The notes under the pieces are model-generated. The model was not told the DNA's origin. It ran no database searches and worked only from the letters and a program-made list of their open reading frames with translations. 64,000 bases of DNA from Eledone cirrhosa. Its lineage: Eukaryota. The stretch spans positions 113,584,001-113,648,000 of the forward strand of contig OZ024744.1 in the NCBI GenBank assembly GCA_964016885.1, in the 5' to 3' direction. The position numbers were made by a program, and so were the translations under genes. Below are positions 41,935 through 57,489 of the stretch, one piece after another. Each line of letters begins with the position of its first letter. The first letter of the stretch is position 1.

Positions 41935-43800
41935 TAACTTTGAAATGTTTTGGCCAGTATTGGCCCAGGCCATGTCTAACTTAATAGCACCACCTGGCGA
42001 AGTCTTTCAATTCAGGATTTGGCCACCATGGCCCATTCGAGAAGAGAATTACTGTTTGCGGAGACATATCCGGGTGTGGGTGGTTTGTCTGGGATTACTT
42101 GGAGGAATTTGTCCAAAGACTTCTTGAATTTTGTGTGGTCAGTTTCTGTTTTGACGTGTCCTGGTGTGATGTTGAAGAGAGCAGGGCCGATTGAGGTGAA
42201 ATAATTGTGCCGTATTGTTGTTATGAGTTGCGATTTAGATTTTTGAATGGGACGGATAGCACGGGGCCCAAGCCTTGGGTGTATCTTGAAGGCGATGCCA
42301 ACATCATTTGGGCAGTGATGATGGAACATTTTCCACATCATGCAGATAATATAACGCTCACGGCGACGTTGGAGTGAGTAAAGTTTCAGGTTTTCTAGTC
42401 GACCCCAGTAGTCAAGGTCTGACATGCCAGCTATCTTTTTCGTGATTGCCCTTTGAGGAGCTTCAAGTTTCATGATACTTTGTTTCGTGTGGGGAGACCA
42501 CAGTGGACAACAGTATTCAAGGTGTGGTCGGGCAAAAGTAGAGAAGGATAATGGTGTGGGAATCTCTTGACTGGAAGGTTCTGAGGATCCAGGAACACAT
42601 TCTGCGGGCCATGTCAACTTTGCTGATTATATGCGTGGCCCAGCTTATGTTGCTGTCCACGGTTACTCCCAAGTCTCTGATGTTGTTAGATGCCACGAGA
42701 GTTTCCCCGGAGGGAAGGGAGTACGGGAGTTTCAGAGCATCCTCTTTTCCAAAGTGGATCAGTTCGAATTTGTCCTCGTTCAGTAACATGTTGTTCTTTT
42801 CCGCCCATTGGGTAACAGCCAGTAGGTCTGACTGAAGGCTTATCCGGTCATCCACGCCATTGATGACCTTTTGGAGCTTGGAATCATCAGCAAAAATTTT
42901 AATGTTGCTGTGTTTGATGATGTCAGTGATGTCATTAATATAGATGATGAAGAGAAGTGGGCCCAACACAGTGCCTTGTGGGACCCCACTACTGACTTTG
43001 GCTGGGCTGGATTTGACTCCTTCAACTACAACATGTTGGGTTCTGTTTGACAGGAAGCTCTTGATCCACTGCAGCAGCTTTCCAGTGACACCAATATTGG
43101 ACAGCTTTCTCAGTAGAATGTTATGATCAACCCTGTCAAAGGCCTTGCTGAAATCAAGGTAGATAACATCAGTGTTGGAACCCTCTCCCAAGGCTCTCAA
43201 AATGTCATCAAAGTGATGCAGTAGCTGCGTCAGGCAATCCCTTCCATTACGGAATCCATGCTGGTTGGAGTTCAGCATATTGTTACTCTCAAGGAAGTGG
43301 GTCATTCGCGATCTCACCACTCTCTCAAATACCCTAATGATATGAGAGGTGAGTGAGATTGGACGGTAATTCACGGCAAGGGATTTGTTTCCCTTTTTGA
43401 AAACTGGGACAACAGACTGGGATAGAAGGTTTTCTGGCACATATCCAGCATCCAGTGAGTTCCGCCACAGATTGGCAAGAGGAGATGCAAGTTGGTGTTG
43501 ACACGCCTTCAAGACACAAGCAGGGAACCTATCGGGACCTAGTGCTGAATTATGCTTGATTTCCTTTATTGCCGCCAAGACATCAGGGGCGCCAAACGTT
43601 ATGTCCGATAAGGTGTAATGGGGAGTAACATCGCCGATACAGCCCAGATCGGCCATATCAGGATTGCTGAAAACAGAGCAGTATTGTTTCTGCAGTATCT
43701 CACCCATGGTTTTAGCATTGTCTTGAAGAGTGCCATTTTCATCAATTAGAGGGCCAACAGTAGAGCCAGTGATTTTGTGTTTTTTTGCAAATGAAAAGAA
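41935..43800 (-). mobile_element. CR1-clade LINE, 5'-truncated (RT plus C-terminus), 5-bp deletion frameshift near 42545
   Basis: [45 protein letters not shown]; nearly identical to 60424-62316. Confidence 0.95.
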
Positions 43801-43869
43801 TATACACATCCATATATATATACACATACATATATATATATATACATACATATATATATATACACATAC

Positions 43870-43900
<31 letters not shown>

Positions 43901-43955
43901 TATATACACATACATATACATATATATATATATATATACATATATATACATATAC

Positions 43956-43986
<31 letters not shown>

Positions 43987-44085
43987 CATATATATATACA
44001 TATACATATACATATATATATATATACATATATATACATATACATATATATACATATACATATATATACATATACATATATATAC

Positions 44086-44133
<48 letters not shown>

Positions 44134-44173
44134 ACATATACATATATATACATATACATATACATACATATAC

Positions 44174-44208
<35 letters not shown>

Positions 44209-44369
44209 CATATATATACATATACATATATATATATATACATATATATATATACATATACATACATATATATATATACATATACATATATATACATATA
44301 CATATATATACATATACATATATATACATATACATATATAAACATATACATATATATACATATATATAC

Positions 44370-44401
<32 letters not shown>

Positions 44402-44409
44402 ACATATAC

Positions 44410-44441
<32 letters not shown>

Positions 44442-44475
44442 ACATATACATATATATACATATACATATATATAC

Positions 44476-44506
<31 letters not shown>

Positions 44507-44866
44507 CATATATACATATACATATATACATATACATATATATATATACATATACATATACATATATATACATATACATATATATATATATACATATATA
44601 TATATACATATATACATATACATATATACATATACATATATATATATACATATACATATACATATATATACATATACATATATATATATATACATATATA
44701 TACATATACATATATATATATCATATATATATATACATATATATATGTACATATATATATGTACATATATATATACATATATATATATACATATATATAT
44801 ATACATATATATATATACATATATATATATACATATATATATATATACATATAGATATATATATAC

Positions 44867-44929
<63 letters not shown>

Positions 44930-45213
44930 CATATATATACATATATATACATATATATATACATATATATACATATATATATACATATATATACATATAT
45001 ATACATATATATATACATATATATACATATATATATATATACATATATATACATATATATATATATGTATATATATATATTATATATATGTATATGTATA
45101 TATATATATTATATATATACATATATATATATATAATATATATATATACATATACATATATATAATATATATATATACATATACATATATATAATATATA
45201 TATATACATATAC

Positions 45214-45255
<42 letters not shown>

Positions 45256-45476
45256 TATACATATATATACATATATATACATATACATATATATATATAC
45301 ATATATATACATATATATACATATATACATATACATATATACATATATATATATACATATATATATATACATATATATATATACATATATATATATACAT
45401 ATATATATATACATATATATATATACATATATATATATACATATATATATATACATATACATATATACATATACAC

Positions 45477-45549
<73 letters not shown>

Positions 45550-45580
45550 CATATATACATATACACATATATATACATAC

Positions 45581-45615
<35 letters not shown>

Positions 45616-45632
45616 CATATATACATATACAC

Positions 45633-45686
<54 letters not shown>

Positions 45687-45714
45687 ACATATACATATAT
45701 ATATATATATATAC

Positions 45715-45788
<74 letters not shown>

Positions 45789-45932
45789 GCATATATATAT
45801 ACATATATATATATATACATATATATATACATATATATATACATATATATATATATACATATATATATACATATATATATACATACATATATATATACAT
45901 ATATATATACATATATATATATACATATATAT

Positions 45933-46005
<73 letters not shown>

Positions 46006-46124
46006 CATATATATATACATATATATATATATACATATATATATACATATATATATATATATACATATATATATACATATATATATACATATATATATAC
46101 ATATATATATACATATATATATAC

Positions 46125-46157
<33 letters not shown>

Positions 46158-46678
46158 CATATATATATACATATATATATATATACATATATATATACAT
46201 ATATATATATACATACATATATATATATATACATATATATACATATATATATATATATACATATATATATACATATATATATATACATATATATATATAC
46301 ATATATATATATACATATATATATATACATATATATATATACATATATATATATATACATATATATATATACATATATATATATACACATATATATATAC
46401 ATATATATATATACACATATATATATATATACATATATATATACACATATATATATATATACATATATATATATACATATATATATACATATATATATAT
46501 ACATATATATATACATATATATATACATATATATATATATATACATATATATATACATATACATATATATATACATATATATATATATATACATATATAT
46601 ACATATATATATACACACATATATATATACATACACACATATATATATACATATATACATACACACATATATATATAC

Positions 46679-46709
<31 letters not shown>

Positions 46710-46845
46710 CATATATATACATATATATATACACACATATATATATACATATATACATACACACATATATATATATATACTTATATATACATATATATAC
46801 ATATATATATACATATATATATACACATATATATATATATATACA

Positions 46846-48436
46846 CTAGTTAAAGTAAACCCCTATACTTAGCTTTCGTCGACTTGGAGAAAGCCTTCGA
46901 CAGAGTCCCCCGTTCCATTATCTGGTGGTCTCTTAGAAAACTAGGTGTTGACGAATGGCTTGTGAGAGCTATACAAGCCATGTATAAAGAAACAGTCAGT
47001 AAGGTTAGAATTAACAACGAATATAGTGAAGAGTTTAGCGTAAAAGTTGGTGTCCATCAGGGCTCTGTTCTTAGCCCCCTACTATTTATTATTGCCCTTC
47101 AGGCTATAACAGAGGAGTTCAAGACCGGCTGCCCATGGGAACTCCTATACGCAGATGATCTAACGCTCATAGCTGAATCTATGGATGAACTAGAGAAGAA
47201 ATTCCAAACATGGAAGCACGGCCTAGAATCAAAAGGCCTTAAAATTAACCTGGCTATGACTAAAGTTCTAGTTTGTAGGAAAGAAAATAAGGCGGCGGTC
47301 CCTTCTGGGAAATGGTCAGGCTCAGTGTGTAGGAAAGGCGTAGGTAGAAACTCCATTTTATGTCCCAAATGCAAAGTATGGGTGCATAAAAGATGTAGTG
47401 GGATCACAGGTAAGCTAACTAAGAACATAGATTTTACATGTGGCCGGTGCTCTGGTGCAATAAGTAACAGCAAGTGCCCACAAAATACTAGCTCTTTCAA
47501 TTGCGCAGAGGGTTCTATAGAAATAGTGGACAGCTTCCGTTACCTGGGCGATAAAATCAGCAGTGGGGGAGGGTGCTCTGAAAGTACTGTAGCTAGAGTC
47601 AGAACTGGTTGGAAAAAGTTCAGAGAGCTTATATGAAAGGCAGGTTGTATGATGCCTGCATACGAACAGCAATGTTGCATGGCAGTGAGACCTGGGCATT
47701 GTGTGCAGAGGATATACGCAGACTAGAGAGGAACGAAGCTTGCATGCTCCGCTGGATGTGTAACAGTAATATACGTGAACGGCAAAGCATAAACGAACTA
47801 AGGAAAAAATTAGAGATAAGAGGGATCAGATGTTGTTTACTCGAGAGAAGGCTACGTTGGTATGGACACGTGATGCGCATGAAAGTCGATAGCTGTATAA
47901 CAAAGTGCAGGGCAATAAAGATAGACGGTAGCCACGGAATAGGCAGACCTAGAAAAACCTGGGACGAGCTGATAAACTCCGACCTCACACACTTACACCT
48001 CTCCAAGACAATGTCACTGAACCGAGACCTTTGGCGGTACTCAGTAACAGAGAAGACCCGCCTTGCCAGTAGGCATCTGTAACAAAATACACCCCGTCCC
48101 GCCACCACCCCCACCCATCCACACCACCCCGTCCTATGTAAAGTTATGTTGGTGCCGCGCCATCCAGGCCGAAACAAATGAGATCGTGTAGGTGTCACGA
48201 CAAAAAAACACACAGTCCACGCTGTAAAGTGGCCGTGTAGGCAACACGGTAAAAACCTCCCAGACCCACACTGTAAATGTGGTTGGTGTTAGGAAGGGCA
48301 TCCAACTGTAGAAAACCTGCCAGACAGTCCTATGCGAGCAAGACAATCACTCTTGCCTCAAGTGGGACTACCCCCGTCCAAACCCATGCAAGCGTGGAAC
48401 ATGGACGTTAAACGTTGATGATGATGATGATGATGA
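46846..48436 (+). mobile_element. RTE LINE family B, 5'-truncated, ~35-bp deletion near 47632
   Basis: Near-identical to 58705-60357; YADD motif; 3' UTR module; (GAT)n. Confidence 0.95.
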
Positions 48437-48603
48437 TATATACATATATATATACATATATATACATATATATATATACATATATATACATATATACATA
48501 TATATATATACATATATATACATATATACATATACATATATATACATATATATATATACATATATATACATATATAAACATATATACATATATATACATA
48601 TAC

Positions 48604-48634
<31 letters not shown>

Positions 48635-48743
48635 CATATATATATATACATATATATATATACATATATATATATACATATATATATATACATATATATA
48701 CATACATATATATATATATATATACATATACACATATATATAC

Positions 48744-48796
<53 letters not shown>

Positions 48797-48859
48797 CATA
48801 TATACATATATATACATATATACATATATATACATATATATATATATATACATATATAC

Positions 48860-48918
<59 letters not shown>

Positions 48919-49187
48919 TAAATATATATACATATATACATATATATACATATATATATATATATACATATATACATATATATACATATATACATATATA
49001 TATATATATACATATATATACATATATACATATATATATATATATACATATATACATATATATACATATATACATATATATATATATATACATATATATA
49101 TACATATATATATATACATATATACATATACATATACATATATACATACACATATATACATACACATATATACATACATATATATAT

Positions 49188-49220
<33 letters not shown>

Positions 49221-49283
49221 TATATACACATATATATATACATTTATATATATACATATATATATATACATTTATATATATAC

Positions 49284-49314
<31 letters not shown>

Positions 49315-49567
49315 CATATATATACATATATATATATACATATATATATATATACATATATATATACATATATATACATATACATATATACATATACATA
49401 TATATATACATATATATACACATATATATACATATACATAAGCATATATATACATATATACATATACATATATATATACACATATATATATACACATATA
49501 TATATACATATACATATATACACATATATATATACATATACATATATATATATACATATACATATAC

Positions 49568-49599
<32 letters not shown>

Positions 49600-49606
49600 G
49601 TGTATA

Positions 49607-50181
49607 GTGTCAAACTAACCACGGAGCTTGAGGCAATCCAGCGAAGCTACACGAAGAGAATGCCAAGATGAGGGAGACAAGCTACTGGGAGAGGTTGAAG
49701 GAACTGAACCTCTACTCCTTGGAGCGAAGACGGGAGAGATACACAGTGATCTACATCCTGGAGGGACTAAAATCCTGGAGGGACTAACACCAAACTTTGG
49801 CATTGGGAGCTGGACCAACCGTCGAACAGGACGTCACTGTGTGGTGCCAAAGGTCCCGTCTTCCACATCTAGAATAAGGAGCAGGTATTGCAATAGCCTG
49901 GGATTCAAGGGCCCTCAACTCTTCAACAGGCTGCCGAGGGATCTGAGAGACTTGCATGACGTGGAGGTGGATGTCTTTAAGAAATATCTCGACACCTTGT
50001 TATCCAGGATCCCGGATGAGCCCACAGCAAGACACGAAGGAAACCTAAGGGCAGCAGCAACAAACTCCCTCCTACACCAGTGGCCAACCTATACAGGCTG
50101 GAAATAAAATGTGTAGCAACAAGGGCGGTGCCCCAGCATGGCCTCAGCCGGATGGCTGAAACAGGTAAAAGAGTAAAAGAG
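49607..50181 (+). mobile_element. CR1-type LINE (second family) 3' end with (GTAAAAGA)n tail
   Basis: YWERLKELNLYSLERRRERY..GPQLFNRLP..FKKYLD..L..IPDEPT..TNSLLHQ; 3' end GGCGGTGCCCCAGCATGGCC..GGCTGAAAC. Confidence 0.88.
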
Positions 50182-50265
50182 TATACATATATATACATAC
50201 ATATACATACATATATATACACATACATATATATACACATATATATACACATACATACATATATA

Positions 50266-50481
50266 GGAACGATCGACTTTCGTCAAATCGGACCGAGGGA
50301 ACAATGTTTCCGTTGGTCTTTCCAATTGCTAATACTATCTATCGGTCGCAACTCCAGGTAGAAGGAGCAATGTGAAATAAAGTGTCTTGCTCAAGGACAT
50401 AACGCATCGCCTGGTCAGGAATCGAACTCACAACCTTACGATTGCGAATCCAATTCTCTAACCACTCAGCCACACGCCTTC
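50266..50481 (-). mobile_element. tRNA-derived SINE family S2, full length
   Basis: Minus strand GAAGGCGTGTGGCTGAGTGGTTAGAG...GAGTTCGATTCC...GTCCTTGAGCAAGACACTT...GACGAAAGTCGATCGTTCC. Confidence 0.88.
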
Positions 50482-50526
50482 AATATATATATATACATAT
50501 ATACATATACATATATACATATATAT

Positions 50527-50627
<101 letters not shown>

Positions 50628-50730
50628 CACATATATATATACATATACATATATATATACATATACATATATATATATATACATATATATACATATATAT
50701 ACACATATATATATATATACATATATATAC

Positions 50731-50761
<31 letters not shown>

Positions 50762-50824
50762 CACATATATATATAGATACATATATATATAGATACATAT
50801 ATATATATACATATATATATATAC

Positions 50825-50903
<79 letters not shown>

Positions 50904-51008
50904 CATATATATATATACATATACATATATATATATACATATACATATATATATATACATATATATATACGTATACATATATATATACATATATACATAT
51001 ATATATAC

Positions 51009-51039
<31 letters not shown>

Positions 51040-51404
51040 CATATATATATATACATATATATATACATATATATATACATATATATATACATATACATAT
51101 ACATATATATATACATATACATATACATATATATATACATACATATATAAATACATACATATATATATACATATACATATATATATACATATACATATAT
51201 ATATATATACATATATATATACATATACATATATATATACATATATATACATATACATATATATACATATACATATATATACATATACATATATATACAT
51301 ATACATATATATATACATACATATATATATACATACGAAAAATAGCAAACCCAATTTATAGGATTGGTTAATCTTAATATTCTGAAATGTTTCGACGCAG
51401 TAGA

Positions 51405-51498
51405 AATCCTGAATTGAAAGACTTCGCCAGGTGGTGCTATTAAGTTAGACATGGCCTGGGCCAATACTGGCAAAACATTTCAAAGTTATTCATAGTTA
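51405..51498 (+). mobile_element. Extreme 3' end of the CR1 family at 60424 (preceded by ~70 bp of unassigned sequence from 51336)
   Basis: AAATCCTGAATTGAAAGACTTCGCCAGG...CATTTCAAAGTTA is the reverse complement of 60445-60531. Confidence 0.85.
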
Positions 51499-51565
51499 CA
51501 TATATATATATACATATATATACATATATATATACATATACATATATATATATATACATATATAC

Positions 51566-51628
<63 letters not shown>

Positions 51629-53857
51629 CATATATATATACATACATACATATATATATACATACATACATATATACATACATACATATATACATACATA
51701 TATATATACATACATACATATATACATACATATATATATACATACATACATATATACATACATATATATATACATACATATATATATACATACATATATA
51801 TATACATACATATATATATACATACATATATATATACATACATATATATATACATACATATATATATATATCCATATATATATATATATACATATATATA
51901 TACATATATATATACATATATATATACATATATATATATATACATATATACATATATATATATATACATATATATATACATATATATATATACATATATA
52001 CATATATATATACATATACATATATATATACATATACATATATATATATACATACAATATATACATATATATACATACAATATATACATACAATATATAC
52101 ATATATATACATACAATATATACATATATATACATAAAATATATACATATATATATATACATACAATATATACATATATATATATACATACAATATATAC
52201 ATATATATATATACATACAATATATACATATATATACATACAATATATACATATATATATATACATACAATATATACATATATATATATACATACAATAT
52301 ATACATATATATATATACATACAATATATACATATATATATATACATACAATATATACATATATATATATATACATACAATATATACATATATATATATA
52401 CATACAATATATACATATATACATATATATATATACATACAATATATTATACATATATATATACATACAATATATACATATATATATATACATAATATAT
52501 AATATATACATATATATACATACAATATATACATATAACATATATATACATACAATAATATAACATATATATACATAATATACATAATATATATATACAT
52601 AATACATATATATACATATATATATATACATACAATATATACATATAATATATACATATATATATATACACACATATATATATACATATATATATATACA
52701 TACAATATATACATATATAATATATACATACAATATATACATATATATATATACATTACATATATATTAACATATATATATATACATACAATATTATACA
52801 TATATATATATACATACAATATATACATATATATATATACATATATATATATACATATATAAATACATATATATAATACATATATATACATACTATATAT
52901 ACATATATATATACATACAATATATACATATATATATATACATACAATATATACATATATATATATACATACAATATATACATATATATATATACATACA
53001 ATATATACATATACATATATACATACAATATATTACAATATATCATATACATATATACATATATATATATACATAATATACATATATATACATACAATAT
53101 ATACAATATATATATACATACAATATATACATATACATATATATACATACAATATATACATATACATATATACATACAATATATACATATATATATATAC
53201 ATATACATATACATATATATATATACATATATACATATACATATACATATATACATATATATATATACATACATACATATATATATATACATACATATAC
53301 ATATATATATACATATACATACATACATATATATATATACATACATACATATATATATATACATACATACATATATATATACATACATACATACATATAT
53401 TACATACATACATATATATATATACATACATATATATATTATACATACATACAATATATATACATACATAATATATATATATACATACATACATATATAT
53501 ACATACATACATATATATATATACATACATACATATATATATACATACATACATATATATATATACATACATACATATATATACATACATACATATATAT
53601 ATATACATACATAATATATATATACATAATATATATATATACATACATACATATATATTATACATACATACATATATATATATACATACATACATACATA
53701 CATATACATACATACATATATATATATACATACATACATACATATATATATATACATACATACATACATATATATACATACATACATACATATACATACA
53801 TATATATATATACATACATACATACATACACATACATATATATATATACATACATAC

Positions 53858-53891
<34 letters not shown>

Positions 53892-54401
53892 ACATACAAT
53901 ATATACATATATATATATATACATACATATATATATATACATACAATATATACATATATATATATACATACAATATATACATATATATATATACATATAT
54001 ATATATATACATACATATATATATATACATACAATATATACATATATATATATACATATATATACATACAATATATACATATATATATATACATACAATA
54101 TATACATATATATATATACATACAATATATACATATACATATATATATATACATACAATATATACATATATATATATACACATATATATATATACATACA
54201 ATATATACATATACATATATATATACATATATATATATACACATATATATATATACATACAATATATACATATACATATATATATACATACAATATATAC
54301 ATATACATATATACATACAATATATACATATATATATACATATATACATATATATATATATATACACATATATATATATATACACATATATATATATACA
54401 C

Positions 54402-54432
<31 letters not shown>

Positions 54433-55017
54433 CATATATACATATATATATATATACATATATACATATACATAATATACATACATATACATATATACAT
54501 ACATACATATATATATATACATACATATATATATATACATACATATATATATATACATACATATATATATATACATACATATATATATATACATACATAT
54601 ATATATATACATACATACATATACATACATACATATATATATATACATACATATATATATATATACATACATATATATATATATACATACATATATATAT
54701 ATACATACATATATATATATATACATACATACATATACATACATACATATATATATATACATACATATATATATATATACATACATATATATATATATAT
54801 ACATACATATATAATATACATACATATATATATATATACATACATACATTATATATAATATATACATACATACATTACATATATATATACATACATACAT
54901 TACATATATATATACATACATACATGTATATATATATACATATATATATATACATACATATACATATATATACATACATATACATATATATACATACATA
55001 CATATATATATATACAT

Positions 55018-55589
55018 ATGGTGGCTGCCAACTCGTTTTCGGAGTACGGCCACTACTTCATATCCATGTAGGAGAACCCCTACCGATGCGCTGAAAGAGT
55101 GTGACTTTTTAGTCCAGCCAGCGACTTGAAAACTCTGGTACAAACACTACACTTGTGACAATTATTGACACATAGTGCTGGGCCCATGGTACCATGTGAG
55201 GACAAGTGCAGAGAGATCTCCAGATATAAAGCAATGCCTGTGCCGTGAAGCTTTTATAGTGAGCAAAGGCACTGCACAAAGCCAGTCCCACACTCTTAAC
55301 CAAGATGATATTTACCAAAAAGAAGAACAAGTCAACATCATTGGATACCATCAGGGTTGCAGCTGTTATATCAGAGTTTTCCTTCTCCTAGAATTCTGCC
55401 TTGACAAAAGCTAAGGGGTCATCTCTCCCGGTGATTTTGGATGGCTATTGACTCTTAAGAGCCCCTTTGCCCTTTGACAGGTTTTGTTTTTAGTCCTGCA
55501 GGATGTCCAAAGTCACCCTCCTCATCAAGAAACCTTGGTGGGGTTGCCAGTTTAGTCGCCAACGACCCGACCATGAGACAGGTTGTACA
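55018..55589 (-). mobile_element. Non-autonomous RTE-derived element N1
   Basis: Near-identical to 34297-34865. Confidence 0.82.
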
Positions 55590-55964
55590 TGTTTATATAT
55601 ATACATACATACATATATATATATATATACATACATACATATACATATATATATACATACATACATATACATATATATACATACATATATATATACATAC
55701 ATATATATATATATACATACATACATATATACATACATATATATATACATACATATATATATACATACATATATATATATATACATACATATATATATAC
55801 ATACATATATATATACATACATATATATATACATACATATATATATACATACATATATATATACATACATATATATATACATACATATATATATACATAC
55901 ATATATATATACATACATATATATATACATACATATATATATACATACATATATATATACATAC

Positions 55965-55999
<35 letters not shown>

Positions 56000-56004
56000 C
56001 ATAC

Positions 56005-56066
<62 letters not shown>

Positions 56067-56207
56067 ATACATATATATATATATACATACATATATATAT
56101 ATACATACATATATATATATACATATATATATATACATACATATATATATATACATACATATATATATATACATACATATATATATATATATATACATAC
56201 ATATATA

Positions 56208-56248
<41 letters not shown>

Positions 56249-56345
56249 ATATATACATACATACATATATATATATATACATACATACATATATATATAT
56301 ACATATATATACATACATATACATACATATATACATACATACATA

Positions 56346-56379
<34 letters not shown>

Positions 56380-56391
56380 CATACATACATA

Positions 56392-56432
<41 letters not shown>

Positions 56433-56544
56433 ATATATACATACATATATATATATATACATACATATATATATATACATATATATACATACATATATAT
56501 ATATACATACATATATATATATACATACATATATATATACATAC

Positions 56545-56593
<49 letters not shown>

Positions 56594-57031
56594 CATACAT
56601 ACATATATATATACATACATACATATATATATACATACATACATACATATATATATACATACATATATATATATATATACATACATATATATATATACAT
56701 ACATATATATATACATACATATATATATACATACATATATATATATATACATACATATATATATACATACATATATATATACATATATATATATACATAC
56801 ATACATATATATATACATACATATATATATACATACATATATATATACATACATATATATATACATACATATATACATACATATATATATACATACATAT
56901 ATACATACATATATATATACATATATATATACATACATATATATATACATACATATATACATACATATATATATACATACATATATACATACATACATAT
57001 ATACATACATACATATATATACATACATACA

Positions 57032-57067
<36 letters not shown>

Positions 57068-57337
57068 CATACATATATACACACACATACATACATACAT
57101 ATATATACATATATATATACATACATATATATATATACACATACATACATATATATATATACACATACATACATATATATACATACATACATATATATAT
57201 ACATACATATATACATACATACATATATACATACATACATATATACATACATATATATATACATACATATATATATACATACATATATATATATACATAC
57301 ATATATATATATACATACATATATATATATACATACA

Positions 57338-57378
<41 letters not shown>

Positions 57379-57489
57379 ACATACATATATATATACATAC
57401 ATACATATATATATATATATACATATATACATACATACATATATACATACATATATATATACATACATATATATATACATACATATATA

